Assembly (NCBI GenBank): GCA_026936335.1
Contig: JAPMXV010000071.1
Span: 228,756 to 292,755, forward strand
DNA length: 64,000 bases
Source: Mantamonas sphyraenae STR306
Lineage: Eukaryota; Protista; CRuMs
Direction of reading: 5' to 3'
Positions 1 through 12,790 of this stretch are shown piece by piece. The notes beneath the pieces are model-generated. The model made no database searches. It was not told where the DNA came from and was given only the letters and a program-made list of their open reading frames with translations. Position 1 is the first letter of the stretch. Each line of letters starts with the position of its first letter. The position numbers and the translations under genes are program-made.

Positions 1-92
1 CCAGGATGAAACACTCCTGATTCGTTGGCTGATTCTGTTGTTGATCGCTGGGATGGCGGCCGCCTGAACAGCACAAATACAACCCAAACGCG

Positions 93-1954
93 ATGGTCAC
101 GTACACGTTCAAAACACTGTCGAACGAAATCTTTGAGGTGGATGTGGAGATGTCCGACACGGTGGGTTGTGGCCACAGAAGCGTCCACGTGTGGGACTGG
201 GCGCTAGGGGTGCCGGCGGAAGGCTGTGGGGAATTCTTGTGGCAGCGTTTCCGGCCGGCTGTGGGAGGGCACGTAGAGGCTGACACGGCAAGAGGGGCTT
301 TTGCGCATGGATGGGACGATGGCGTGTGTGCGCGTGCGTGTGTGTGGCATGGTGTGCGTGTGTGTGTGTGTGATCGCAGGTGGCGGATCTGAAGGAAAAG
401 GTGCACAAGACAAAGGGCATTGAGGCATCCAACCAGAAGCTGATCCTCTCGGGCAAGATCCTGGCAAACGACACGGTGGTGGACCAGCTGGGACTGAAGG
501 AGGACGACTTTTTCGTGGTGATGGTGTCCAAGGTGGGTGGCGCAGGGAGTGTGTGTGTGTGTGTGTGGTGTGCGGGGGGAGGGTTTGTGGGAAAACGGAA
601 CGGCGGGAAAAAACCGGGAGACGCGTGAGGCTGACGTGGAAAGAGGGCATGCACACAGGGCAAGAAGAAGGGCACAAAGAAGAAGAAGACGACGGCAAAG
701 AAGGGAGAGAGCGCAGAGACGAGCACGACGACAACGACGACGGAAGGCAACACGACGACGAACACAACGGGCGGCGCCGGAAATGCAGAGACGACGACGA
801 CGACGGCCGGGGCCAACGGGGACCAGAACGACCACGAAAGCTCGATGTACGAAGAGAGCGCTTCCGCTCTGGCAACGGGCTCGGAGTACGAAGAGGCAGT
901 GTCCACCCTGATGGCTATGGGCTACCCGCGCGACGAAGTGGTGGCGGCCATGGCCGCAAGCTTCAACAACGCCAACCGTGCGTTTGAGTACCTGCAAACC
1001 GGCATCCCAGACAATGTCCAGCAACAGTTTGCCCAACAGGCGCAGGCTCAGCAGGCTCAGCAGCAGGCCCAGGCGCAGCAGATGATGATGGGCGGCGGCG
1101 GCGGAGGAGGCATGGGTGGCATGGGTGGCATGGGTGGTATGATGGCTTTTGATGGCGAGGACGACGGGGAATTTGATGGTGAGGAGGATGGCATGGGGGA
1201 GGACGACGCGACACACGAGCCGGTGAACATGCCGTTCCCGCAGATGGGTGGCGGCGGAGGACAGGGCGGTCAGGGTGGCCAGGGCGGTCAGCAGGATGCA
1301 GACAACGCACTGGCATACCTGCGTCAGAACCAGCAGTTCCAGATGTTCAAGATGCTTGTGCAGTCGAACCCCGGTGCGCTGCAGCCGTTGCTGGCCCAGC
1401 TGGGTCAGACAAACCCGCAACTGATGCAGGCAATCTCGCAGCACCCGCAGGAGTTTCTTCAGTTGCTGATGGAGCCCATTCCGGGTGCAGAGGACATGAT
1501 GGCTGCGGCTGGCATGGGTGGTGGAGGCATGGGTGGCATGGGTGGTGGTGGAGGTGGAGGAGGCATGGGTCAGCCCCAGATGATCCGTCTGACCCAAGAG
1601 CAGGCTGAAATGCTGCAGAAGCTCATGGGCTATGGCTTCTCGCAGAACGCGGCTCTGGAGGCACTGCAGATCAGCGGTGGCGACGAGGAGGTTGCGCTCA
1701 ACTATCTGTTTGACATGCAAGCCGAGGCTCAGGCGGAGGAGGATGCGTTCCTTGCCCAGCAGCAAGGCAACGGCAATGGCAACGGCAACGGCAACGGCAA
1801 CGGCAATGGCAATGGCAATGGCAATGGCAACGGAAACGCAGATGGAAACGGAAACGGAAACGGAAACGCAGATGGAGGTGACAACAACAACGACAACATG
1901 GACACGGAAGGTGCCGGTGGAAACAACAACGACGGTGGGGACAGTGCTCAGTGA
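93..1954 (+). CDS. RAD23: UV excision repair / proteasome shuttle protein RAD23 (UbL-UBA-STI1-UBA); exons 93-161, 380-532, 659-1954
   Basis: GT-AG splicing joins the UbL ([18 protein letters not shown]|VADLKEKV...[10 protein letters not shown]) in frame to UBA1 ([29 protein letters not shown]), the XPC-binding STI1 domain ([25 protein letters not shown]) and UBA2 ([15 protein letters not shown]). Confidence 0.95.
1766..1880 (+). repeat. Coding (Gly-Asn)n hexamer repeat in the RAD23 tail
   Basis: GGCAAC/GGCAAT/GGAAAC units encode GNGNGN... Confidence 0.9.
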
Positions 1955-2049
1955 CAATGAAGTGATCAAGCTGCGCAGCGCCGGGAGAGCCAAAGAAACC
2001 ATCGCTTGCAGACGGGCCCTTCAGCCCCCAAAACCAGTGCCAGGTGGCC

Positions 2050-3165
2050 ATGGACGTGGACATAGACTCATCTGTGCCCATTGTGGCGGAGATGTTTCCC
2101 CATGTGCCAGTGGAGATGATCCAGCGCATGGCACAGAGCCTTTCACTGGACAGGCTTGTTGACTGGGCCCTGGGAATTGGTGTCAGCCAACAAAGCATCC
2201 AAGATACAGTGACCACAGATGTAGATAGAGATAGCCGTGGGATGGAAGAAGAGGACTTGACAGTGGACGATGGGACGACGTTTCATCAAGAGACGGAATC
2301 CGGCGCCGCTGAAGCGGATTCCAGCAGCTCCGGGACAACCATCCATGACGTGGAAGAGTGTACAGAGGAGCAGAGTGAGGACATGGGCGTAGTGAGCGAT
2401 GCCCCAGCAGTGTCAGTGGGCGGCAAAACAGAGTCGGAACATTCCGAACCCAGTGTGGAAGAGCAGCTGGAACAGGTGCGGAAACAACGCCGCATGGCTT
2501 ACGAACGGTCCGTCAAGCGCAAAGGACAGGATGTGGAGACACTGCGTCGCCGGGCAGAGGAGCGAAGCAGCAGGGCAGCAAGCAGCAGCGGAGATCTCGC
2601 AGCACTGCGGAGGGAGCAGCACAACAGGTACAGACGGGGAAAGCAGCGGGAGAAACGCACATTCACCATGGCGGACATTGAAGAGAGGGTTCAGAAGGAG
2701 AAGGAGGCGCAGATGGGTCTGGATTGGCACAGCTCGTCGTCGTCCTCCTCCTCCTCCTCTTCCTCCTCCACCACAAGTGACATGGAACGCATCGGCAGGC
2801 AGGCGTTGGAATTGACCAACACATTCCGCAAAGAGAATGGATTGCCTGCCCTTGCATGGTCCTCCAAGCTGTGCACTGTTGCAGAGGGGCATTCAAGAGA
2901 CATGGGCACGGGAAAGGTCCCGTTTGGCCACCAGGGGTTCAACACACGTGCTGCAAACTTTGGCTTCTCCCATCGAGGGGCAGGTGAGAATGTGGCCATG
3001 TCCAGTGGGGCATCGGATGTCGCCGGCACGGCTGTCCGAGGCTGGATCAATTCGCCTGGCCATCGCAAGAATCTCCTCGGTGCCAGCTGGACAGTGTGTG
3101 CCATCGGAGTGTTTCAGAATGCCCACGGTGCCTTCTACTCAACCCAGCTCTTTGCTGCAGCCTAG
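2050..3165 (+). CDS. CAP/SCP-domain protein with N-terminal CUE-like motif, no signal peptide
   Basis: C-terminal CAP motifs (LTNTFRKENGLPAL, HSRDM, GENVA, WINSPGHRKNLL). N-terminal 'VAEMFPHV' resembles the CUE MFP motif. First ATG is at 2050. Confidence 0.75.
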   Translation: MDVDIDSSVPIVAEMFPHVPVEMIQRMAQSLSLDRLVDWALGIGVSQQSIQDTVTTDVDRDSRGMEEEDLTVDDGTTFHQETESGAAEADSSSSGTTIHDVEECTEEQSEDMGVVSDAPAVSVGGKTESEHSEPSVEEQLEQVRKQRRMAYERSVKRKGQDVETLRRRAEERSSRAASSSGDLAALRREQHNRYRRGKQREKRTFTMADIEERVQKEKEAQMGLDWHSSSSSSSSSSSSSTTSDMERIGRQALELTNTFRKENGLPALAWSSKLCTVAEGHSRDMGTGKVPFGHQGFNTRAANFGFSHRGAGENVAMSSGASDVAGTAVRGWINSPGHRKNLLGASWTVCAIGVFQNAHGAFYSTQLFAAA

Positions 3166-3190
3166 AGGAGGACCCAATCCAAATGAATTT

Positions 3191-5946
3191 TCATTCGTCG
3201 CTATCGCTGTCGCTATCGCTGTCGTCATCCTCGTCATCCTCATCCTCATCCTCATCATCCTCATCATCCTCATCCTCCTCATCCTCATCGCTAAGCTCGA
3301 GATCTTGCACCCTGTCCTCATCTCCATCGTCATCATCGTCGCTGACTTCCTCATCCTCCTCCTCGTCCTCCTCCTCATCCTCCTCCTCACCCTCCTCATC
3401 ATCCCCCTCATCTTCCTCCTCCTCATCACCCTCCTCACTCTCCTCGTCATCCACATCCAAGGGATCATCCGCCTTGGTGGGTACAATGTCATCCTCGTCC
3501 GCAACAATGTCATCCACTGCGTCGATCTGTTGCCTGCGCAGCTCATCGCCACGCTGCAAATCCTTGTGCAGCCTGTGGATGGGCAGGGCGTTCTCCTGCA
3601 GCTTGGTGGCCATAAACTCGCGAGCCTCCTTCACATCGCGCGGCTTGAAGTTTGCGCCGTTGCGCACCGCGTTGTGCTTCTGCACACTGTCCTCGATGGC
3701 CTTGACCAGCAGTCGCACTTGCTTGCGGTGTGTGTTGTTCCGTGCACGCTTGGCAAAGCGGCGCAGCTGGACGAGCGTGGGCACTGCCATCTCGCCAAAG
3801 GCAATGTTGGTGCGAAGGATGTCGTAGTGCTGAGCCAGCAGCAGCACACAACAGTGTACAATCAGATCCTGCACGCTCTTGGTGCGCATGACACTGCTGC
3901 CAAACTTGATCAGCTTGCGCTCGTTGAGCTCCTTCTTGGCAACGCCCACGGGCTTGCGGGCCAGCTCCGCACATTGGAGGGCATCCAGCAGGAACGGAGC
4001 CACGGGAATGTACACGCGCGAGGCTTCTGCCAGCTGGTTGAGCATGCGCACAATGTTGAAGCGCAGTGGAAAGTACCGTGTGGTGGGGATCACACGCATG
4101 GTCGCGGTGCTGATCTGTACAAACGGGTAGATCAGCATGCGCAGCTCCTCCACATTGGCATAGGTGCTGAGGAACTCGGCCCACAGCTCCAACGAGTTGT
4201 AGTACTGCCAATTGTACAGGGTTTGGTATGCCTGCTGCGTCTTGGCCACCAATGCGTTGCGCAAATGCATGGCCAGCTGGCGGATGAATCCAAACGCATG
4301 TTGGTACGCCGCCACAAAGTCCAGGCCGTACAATTCGACCACACAGTGACGCAGGAAGCGCACACGGTTGCCCTTGCCCACACCCACCGACTTTGCGTTG
4401 CGCACGTAGCTCAGGTACGTGTTGCGCAGCACCAGGTCGATAAAGGGATAGGGCATGGTCAACGCCAGCTCGTGGATGCACAGGAAAGCATCGGCGCCCA
4501 GCTTGGCACTCGTCGACCAGATCCCCAGCAGCGTCTTGAGCACCTTGCGTGCCAGAGGCACAAACTCCTGCATGTAGATGGCCATGTGACGCAGCTGCTG
4601 AAGCACCAGCGCAATCATCTGCGTTTCCGTCACGCTGTTGATAAACTTGTGCAGATGCGTCAGGTAGGACTTGACCACGTCTTTGATCTTGAACCAACGC
4701 TTGTTTTTGCTCGGCACACTCGGGTTGCCGTTGGCCCTGGCTGCCACAGAGGCACCACCGCTGCTGTTGCTGGATGACGATGATGATGACGACGATGATT
4801 GCATGCTCTGTTGCACCTGCACCCAGATGTCCCTGCCCGTGACCACCTCCTCGTCGGGAAACACGTACGCGTGGAAGGCATGGTGCATGTTTGTGAGACA
4901 GGAGAGCATGACACGTGAGTACACCGCGGGGCTCATGATCTTCAGCTTCATGTCGCTGGTGCCCACGTCGTCGCCACCCTCGGCCACACGACAGGCCATG
5001 CGGAAGGCACCCACCACCTGTTTGATGCCCTTCAAACTCAACGTCTCAAACGCATGTGTTTCCATCTCACCAAACATGGCTGTGGTCAGCACATTGCCCT
5101 TGAGAGCAGAGCGCACATCCTCTGCGTCCTCTTCATCCTCGTGCTCCTCACCATCCTCATCCTCATCCTCATCTCCCTTGCCACCAGCCAATTCCGCCTC
5201 CTCTGCCGCTTCGTTTGCTTCCAACGACTGCAACAGCGCAGGGTCGTTCTTTTGCAGAAAGGCAAAGAACTCCGGGTCGCTCTTCTTCAACTCCTCCAGA
5301 TTGGCTCGTCCAGCCTCCACCTCTTCCTCCAGCTGTGCTGTCTCTGCATCCATCCCATCCTCGTCGTCGTCTTCCTCCTCCACCTCCTTGCCCTTGTTTC
5401 CCTTCTTCTTGCCCTTTCTATCCTTCTTTCCCTTTGTGCGCTTCTTTGTGCGTCGCGGCTCCTCGTCGTCGCTCTCGTCTTCGCTCAGCCCGTCGTCCTC
5501 CTCGTCCAAGAAGCCACCGTCCAGCAGATTGTCCAGCGTCATCTCCTCCACCTTCTTCCTCTTTTCTCTGTGCAAGGTGTGCGTGGGTGCAATGAGATGG
5601 ATTGGCATCATCCCGCACGGTCAGCATCCCAGTCCGTCCGTCGTCGCACATGCATCACCCAGCCAACCGCCTCCCCATGTTCCCCAACGCCTCCCACATC
5701 CTTCTGTACGCGGAATATACATGGACACTTGTGTGTCTGTATCCTCCTCTGCGCTTGTATCGCTTACCTCACTGTGGATGCCTGCACAAGCGATTCCGGC
5801 AACAGCTCTTCTTCGTCGTCCAACTTGGCCGGCGTCCTGTCCAGCTGCCTGTTCGAACCGGGCGTATCCTTGGACAACCGGAACTCGTTGCTCTTTTTCG
5901 CTGTGCATGTGACCCAAAGCAGGACCACGTGTGTGTGTGTGTGTGT

Positions 5947-5979
<33 letters not shown>

Positions 5980-6138
5980 TCAGCCGTGTGTTTTGCAATT
6001 GTCCGCCTGGGTTGATCTCCCCACCCACTCACCGTGTTTGACCACTTCCCGTCGCTTCTTCAGCTTCATGCGGCGCCTCCGCTCCAGATCGGGCTTCAGC
6101 TTCTTTGCCACATACTTCTTTGTCGACTTTTTGACCAT
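3191..6138 (-). CDS. NOC2: Nucleolar complex protein 2; exons 6138-6033, 5900-5768, 5567-3191
   Basis: LKKSDPEFFAFLQKNDPALL, AYQHAFGFIRQLAMHLRNA, YNWQYYNSLELW and YFPLRF motifs plus an acidic tail; in-phase GT-AG introns. Confidence 0.93.
5928..5976. repeat. (TG)n microsatellite in NOC2 intron 1
   Basis: Directly visible; similar tracts at 325-372, 549-568, 6185-6210, 19772-19790 and 20440-20456. Confidence 0.9.
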
Positions 6139-6334
6139 GACGCGTGGGTGGAGAAGGGGGTGTTGGCTCCTGCTGCGCTTTGGGGTGTGTGTGTGTGTGT
6201 GCGTGTGTGTGACTGTGTGCATCCACTCTCACCATTCAGTTCCACCTCCCACTCCCTTCCCTTTCCTTGCTCCCATTCCGTCTTGTGTTCACATACACAC
6301 CCTCCCCCCGTCGTACCCAGCCCAACACACGAGC

Positions 6335-7351
6335 ATGTCGACCGCTGTTGTTACAGACATCATCTCGGAGATCAACCCGTACTCCTGGGCGGGTATGGGC
6401 ATTGGCATGGCTGTGGGCCTGTCCATCCTTGGAGCGGCTTGGTAAGAGTCCGCCAATACCAGATCCCCCCCTCACACACACACACGCACACTCGCAGCTC
6501 GCTCACACACCCTTCCCACGTGCACCACACAGGGGTATCTTCACCACGGGCTCCTCGCTCATTGGTGCAGCAGTGCGCACAGAAAAGATTTTCACCAAGA
6601 ACCTTGTCAGGTAGGCCCAGGGTGGAGCGTGCTTGCCTTTGGAAATCCACGGGCGTCTGGCCGAATGAATGCGCCAGGGTCTCCGCGGCCGCCCACACGT
6701 CACTGACCCGCCTGTGCGCCCCACCGCCATTGCCACCCGCGCAGTATTGTTTTCTGCGAAGCATCCGCCATCCTCGGTGTCATCATGGGCATCATTCTGC
6801 AGAACAAGGTGGAGTTGTCAGACGCCGCGCCCAACAACCTCGCCTTCTACTCGGGCTACGTCCTCTTTGCCGCCGGTCTCATCGCCGGTCTCGCCAATCT
6901 CTTTGCTGGGTATGTATTGCTGCCTTTGGCTCTGTCCCTCTTGTCTCCTTCCCTCCCCTCCGCCTGCCTCTCTGCCCGTCACCGTCCCCGTCCCCGTCCA
7001 CGTGAAAGCCGCCGAATTTCCCTCCCTCTCTCTACGCTCCGCCTCAAAACCCAACTAACACGGCCCCTGCCCGCTGGTGGGCCCGCTTGTCGCTCCCGCA
7101 CCCACACCCTTGCCGCCGCGTGTGTATCTGCTGACCCAACCAACCGCGGTATTGCGTGTCTGTGTGTGTCTTGTGTGTGTTGCACCCGCAGTATGTGTGT
7201 GGGCATCGTCGGATCCGCCTGCGCCCTCGCCGACGCACAGAACAACACCCTCTTTGTCAAGATCCTCATCGTCGAGATCTTTGGCTCCGCCGTCGGACTC
7301 TTTGGCATCATTGTTAGCATTGTCGTTGCCAGCCAAGCCAAGTTTGCATAA
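6335..7351 (+). CDS. ATP6V0B: V-type ATPase V0 proteolipid subunit c'' (Vma16/ATP6V0B); exons 6335-6441, 6533-6610, 6745-6909, 7192-7351
   Basis: Spliced protein reads LSILGAAW|GIFTTGSSLIGAAVR...KNLVS|IVFCEA...CVGIVGSACALADAQNNTLFVKILIVEIFGS. Confidence 0.93.
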
Positions 7352-7399
7352 AAACAACACCGTTTCACCCAATCCAAACCTCGCAAACAACACCCCACG

Positions 7400-8656
7400 A
7401 TGATTGCACGTGTCCTTGTCCTCCTTCTCGTTTCTGCTCTGTGCCTGGCGGCTCCGGCCACCAACACCGATCTGGTATGTTGTGTTGAGTGGCCTCTTGG
7501 GACGCCGTTGCAAAGCGCGCCCCCTTTTTCCGCATCCTCGCTGACTCTGTCGCCGCTGCCGCTGTGGTGGACGCACGTGTGTGCACATGCATCGCTGCAC
7601 GGACCTTGCCTGTGCCTCTTTGTCCCTCACATGGGTGCGTGACGGATGGACTGTGTGCAGATCAACCAGAACAACAACGCCAATATCATCAACAACGGCG
7701 TGGTCACCAGCGCCTACGGTAGCGCCCCCGGCTACCTCTCCACCGAGACCAACTGGCCCACCAGGTGGACTTCCAACGAGGCTATTGTAGGTTTCCGCAC
7801 ACTTCACATGCGTCATGCACACGTTTCCGCAACTCCCGGCTGTTGCAGACGCCTGTGAACATCGTCGCCGGATGCTTTTCATCCTCGACCTGCGACCCTC
7901 TCGCCTACCCGGCCCTTGTGTGTCGCATGCAGCACAGCTGCATTCATACTCCACATTCCACTGCATGCATGTGTGCATGTACCACATGTTCCAGCCCCCG
8001 ATGACCCTCGAGCGATGTCGTAGCGATCGTCAGCTCGTGTAGAGTCGGAGTGTTTTTTCAGCACGGTGGACGGTGGAAACCACGACGCGCGAAATGCTCC
8101 TCGCTGCACCCATACACACACACACACACACATCCACTCACGCCCCGTTGTTTCGCACGCCACAGACCTACGAGACCACCACCAACATCACTGTCAACCC
8201 TGGCAACGCTGCTCTGATCCCCCGCTTCACCGACGGTGAGACGGAAACCCCCAGTGGCAACTCGGTGCAGGTCAACCAGCCCATGCCCTGGAACGTCAAC
8301 TTCCAGTGCAACGCTGCCCAGGACTCTCCCGCCCAGTTTGTCACCACCATCAAGCTCAGGCCCACCAACGGCGGCAACGCCTATGACAGTAAGTTGGCCT
8401 TTTGCATTGCTCCCAGTGTGTGTGTGTCTCTCCCTCTCTCTCTCTCTGCCTTGTACTCATTCGTCCATGCCCATCCCCCCCCCCCCACCTCCCTTTCCCA
8501 CCCACAGCCCAGGTCATCTACTACCGCCATCAGTGCACCGGCAGCAACCAGGACACCGGCAACACGACCCCGAAGAACAGCGCCGCCTCTTCCGTTGTCG
8601 TCAACCTGGCCGTCCTTCTGGCCACTATCTTTGCCGCCGTCGCCCTCATGCACTAA
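7400..8656 (+). CDS. Small secreted, probably GPI-anchored surface protein of unknown family; exons 7400-7474, 7661-7786, 8166-8388, 8508-8656
   Basis: Signal peptide MIARVLVLLLVSALCLA, N/T-rich beta-like body, C-terminal NSAASS followed by hydrophobic tail (VVVNLAVLLATIFAAVALMH*). All three introns are phase-compatible. Confidence 0.75.
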
Positions 8657-8727
8657 GCAACCGGTCAACCAATGAAAGGAATGATGAAGCAAAAGCGTTG
8701 GTTTTCCATTGTGGTTCGATGAAGCGC

Positions 8728-10174
8728 TTAGAGCTCGTCCTTGAGCGAGTCCAGCTTCTCGTCGCGCTCACCATCCTTGGCATCGTCCTTGGGCTTGGCA
8801 TCCTCGGCAGCCTTGGCCTTGGCAGCCTCCTCATCCTTGACCTTCTGCTCGGCGGCCTTCTCGGCAGCCTGGCGCTTCAGCAGTGCCTCGGCCTCCGACT
8901 CGGCGTCGGCCACGTTGTCGCTGATCAGCACGTTGTCAAAGATGGAGCCCGACTTGACCTGCCACAGGTCGAAGCCCACAAAGGACATGTTGGGGTACAG
9001 GTACAGATCCTTCTCCTCCTTGAAATCCGGGTTGTCGATCTCCGGGTGCACCCACTCGCCCTTGTAGTCCGGGTTCGGGATCATCTTGGGCTTCCACTCG
9101 CCCTTGTACTCCGGGTTGTCGATCATGGGTGCCTCCCACTCTCCGTCGTCCTCGTCATCCCAGTCCTCGGGCTTCTTGGCCTCCGGATCCGGAATCGTCG
9201 CTGGGATGTCGTCCCAGCCCTCGGGCTTCTTGTCCTCCGGGTCGGCAATCTCCTTCTCGTCCACCCAATCGGCAGGCTTCGACTTGCTCGGGTCCTTGAT
9301 CTTGCGCGGCTGCAGGAAAGCCCAGTCCTCGCTCAGCTTGCCGCTGGCCTTCTTTTCGTTGTCGATCTTCACCTCGTAGGTGTCGTCCGAGTGCAGGATG
9401 AACGTGTACACGTGCGTGTACGTGTCCGCAGGCGGCTGCGTCTGCTCCGTCTTCTTCCAGTCGTAGTTCTTGCCGTTGCGGTTCAGGATGAAGTGGACCT
9501 TCTTGCTTGCGCCACACTGATCCGGGCCGGCCATGATCAGGTAGTCAGAGTCGCCGTTGAAGTCCTTCTGGTCCGTGCCCGTGGGCAGCACCTTGACGTA
9601 GCCGCCACCGCAGTCGATGTTCTGCTCGTGCTTCACAGAGAACTGCAGCACAAGATCCTTGCCCTCGTTGCTCAGCTCCTTGCCGATAGCAGCCGAAATG
9701 GCGTAGTTCTTGGCATCCTGCGACGTGTGCAGGCCTGCAGTGTGTGTGCACAATCACATACGTCATTTCCGTGTGGGTCTGCGCGTCAGCATACGCCTTC
9801 CATGGCCTCCGGTGTGTTTTTTGTCCCGAGAGAGGGTTTCCGCATTTGTCCCTTCTCGCGCCCCTCGCCACAAAACTCACCTGCGTCCTCCACCTCGTCC
9901 TCAAAGTACTTGCCGGCAGTCACATCCCACTTGCCGTAGTCCGCCTTGTGCTCGCTGTCCACCCAGCGGTCACGCCAGCCGTCTGTGTGTGCGTTGTGCA
10001 GCCCCGCACGTGCGTTTGACGTCAGCACAAAGTCGGAAAACGGAAATACACGGCGCACACGCGTCTGCCTCTACACACGGACACACACAACCCACCATTG
10101 AACTTCTCCGAGTACAGCACCTCTGCCTGTGCCACAGCAATCACAATCAGCAGGAAAAAAGCAGTCTTGGACAT
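8728..10174 (-). CDS. CALR: Calreticulin; exons 10174-10096, 9982-9881, 9734-8728
   Basis: Signal peptide, QFSVKHEQNIDCGGGYVK, P-domain repeats (KPEDWD, GEWKPKMIPNPDY), C-terminal KDEL. Confidence 0.97.
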
Positions 10175-10231
10175 CGTTGATGTGTTTCAAAAAGTTTTCG
10201 TTCTGCTGCATCGCGGAGCGCAGCTGCACTG

Positions 10232-12725
10232 TCACACAGGAAACTCCTCATCCTCATCCGCGTCCTCCACATCCCCGTGCTCCACCGCCCTCCCACTGAC
10301 CTGCCTCCCGTGAGTGTCCCCATGCTCCACATGCTGATTCGTGTGCTGCTGAGCCACCACGGGGGCGGTCTCGTACACCACGTCGTCGTCGGCCATGCCC
10401 CCACCGCCTTTCACACGCATGCTCACTGTCTCCCTGCCCTCCTCATGGTACTGCAGGCTGCCTTTGTCAAACAAGAGGGGCACCTGGCCCACCTCGCCGT
10501 CGTATCTGTTCTTGGTGACCTCGAGAAAGAGCGGCGCCTTGCCTCGCGCCCCACCCCGCTGCATGATCATCACATTGTCAGCCTCCTGTGTGGCCTTGGC
10601 CGTGCCAAACACAGAACTCGTTGTCAGCGGACTGTTGGGATCCTCCTTGCGCGGGTGGATCACCAGCGAGATGTGCACGTTCTTGGCGCTGGCAAACTTG
10701 CGAAACTGCTGGATCGCGTCGTCCTGCATGTCAAAGCGCTCAAATCCCTTGCCCTGGCCACTCAACATGAACTGCAGGTTGTCCAGCAGGATGTGTTCCA
10801 CGTCGTACACGTACACCGCGTACTCCATCGCATCCAAAACCTTGTCCACGCCCGTGGAGCCAAAGAAGCGCAGAAAGTACAATGGCAGCATTGCAAACTC
10901 GTCGGCCACCGCATCAAACAGCTCCTGTTGGCCCTCCAGCGTCTCGCCCGCATACTGCGTCAACATCTTTTTCGCCAGCCGCGTGTTCTTGATCTCAAAC
11001 GAACCCCACAGCGTCTGCACTCCCTGCCTGGCCAGATCCAGGCTGATTTGCGACAGGAGTGTGGTCTTGCCCACTCCCGTGGGTCCCGTAAAGATGGTCA
11101 GTTCGCCCTTGCGATGGCCCTTGATGAGTTTGTTCAGCCCAGGCAACGTTTCCCCCTGCACCCCTGCCACCTGCTCCGGGTGCATGATCTCCAGTGCAAT
11201 CTCGTCGCGAAGCTTGTCAAACGTTAGGATTTCCTTGTGCGGCATGGGCTGTGCACGCTCAATCATCCGCCCCAAGTCCAGTCCCATGCGCAGGGCGTCG
11301 TTGGCATCTTTTGCTCCACTGCGATCCTCCATGTTCACAATCAGGGTCCTGTCCACACCCAGCTTCTTGGCAAACTTCTGGGCCCCCTCTTGGCCCGGGA
11401 TGTCGTTGTCCATCCACAGGTAGATGCGCCGAAAGCGTTCCAATTGCGGCAGCAGTTCAATGGGCAAGGAGCCCGCTCCGTTGGGCAACGACACTGCAGG
11501 CAACCCTGTGGCCTGATGCACAGCCATGGCATCAAACTCACCTTCCGTCAACACCAGTTCTGTGGCCGATTCGTCCACGGTGTGCCACCCAAACATGCCC
11601 CACTGGCCACCCGCAGGCTGTGTGCGCTGCAAGCCTTTGTTGTCCAGCGAACGCACCTTGACTCGCTTCACCACCTCCCCTTCCACCCATGGGAACACCA
11701 TACACTTGTGTGTGCGCCATTCGTTGCTCTCGGGATCCTGGAACCGTCGTGTCGTCGCCCCCACCCGGTATTTCCGCAACACTTCCTCACTCAGACTCCG
11801 CTGTGTCTGCACATAGGGTCTCGCCAACTGTCAGCTCATCCGGCTTGTCCATCGCACACAAACACACACACACTCACACATGCACACACGTCGCTGCCCT
11901 CGCACCACTCACCTTGTCCTTGCCTGTAAGATACGTACGCACGTCTGCAAATTCGTCCGTGCCCAGCTGCTGTTCGGCCGCCACAAGCTCCTCCTTGGGA
12001 AACACCTTGGCCAATTGTGCTCCGTCGGCGCCTTTGTCACCGTGGGACACCCCCTGGCGTGCATCCACACTGCTTCCAGTGATGCTGGCCCCGCTCTCGG
12101 CAAGGCTGTCGACTTGCACACCGCCCAAGTCGCCCATGAGCCGCTTGAAATCAAACCACGACCCTTTGCTGGAACAGCGGTGGCAATAGTATGCGCCGGA
12201 ATGCTTGTTCACATACAACTTCCACAGGTTGTCATACCGCTGCCGTGTGTTTTTGCACCCTGGGCAGCTCTTGAGCACCACTTCGTCCAGGGTTTTGCTC
12301 TGGAACGCCGCCCCCTTGCGCTTCAGATACGCCGTCACTTCGCCGTCCTGAAGACGGAATCCCGTGCTTGTGTATGTGCTCATGTGCCGACGTGTGCCCG
12401 CGTGCATGCCTGTGTTGTTGTCGACACGAAGCAGCCCTTGACATCGCTGCACCACCGCTGCCGCCGCAGGCGCCGTGGCCCCAGCTCGTGTCCTCATCTG
12501 CAGTGCTCTCCTTTCCACCGTTGTGTGAAGTGGGTGTGTGTGTGTCACGCATGTGCTGCTGCTGCTGCTCCTGCTGCTGCTCCGGCTGCTGTGCACGCTC
12601 ACTCCATGTCTCGAGCAGGCAGCACGCAGCACAGCGACCCCGGCACGTGAACGCTGCTTTCCCGAGGTGCCCATATACCCTGTGCACCCGGCCACTGTCC
12701 GTCGTGTTGTCACCCGCACAAACAT
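10232..12725 (-). CDS. TWNK: Mitochondrial Twinkle primase-helicase (T7 gp4-like); one intron from 11912 to about 11802-11829
   Basis: Basic transit-like N-terminus, zinc-binding CPGC...CHRC, TOPRIM (LTEGEFDAMA, WMDND), Walker A TGPTGVGKTT, LDNLQF, VIHPRK, KATQEADN. Confidence 0.92.
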
Positions 12726-12790
12726 GAGTTGGTGTTGGTTTGCCTGCCCGAGCCGGGGCAGCGAATCGAGAACTGAACAAGTCTTTGCTG

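Noticed and set aside
7990-8100. SECIS-like or structured RNA in the long intron of the GPI protein
   Set aside because: No convincing stem, intronic location, and no in-frame TGA in neighbouring genes.
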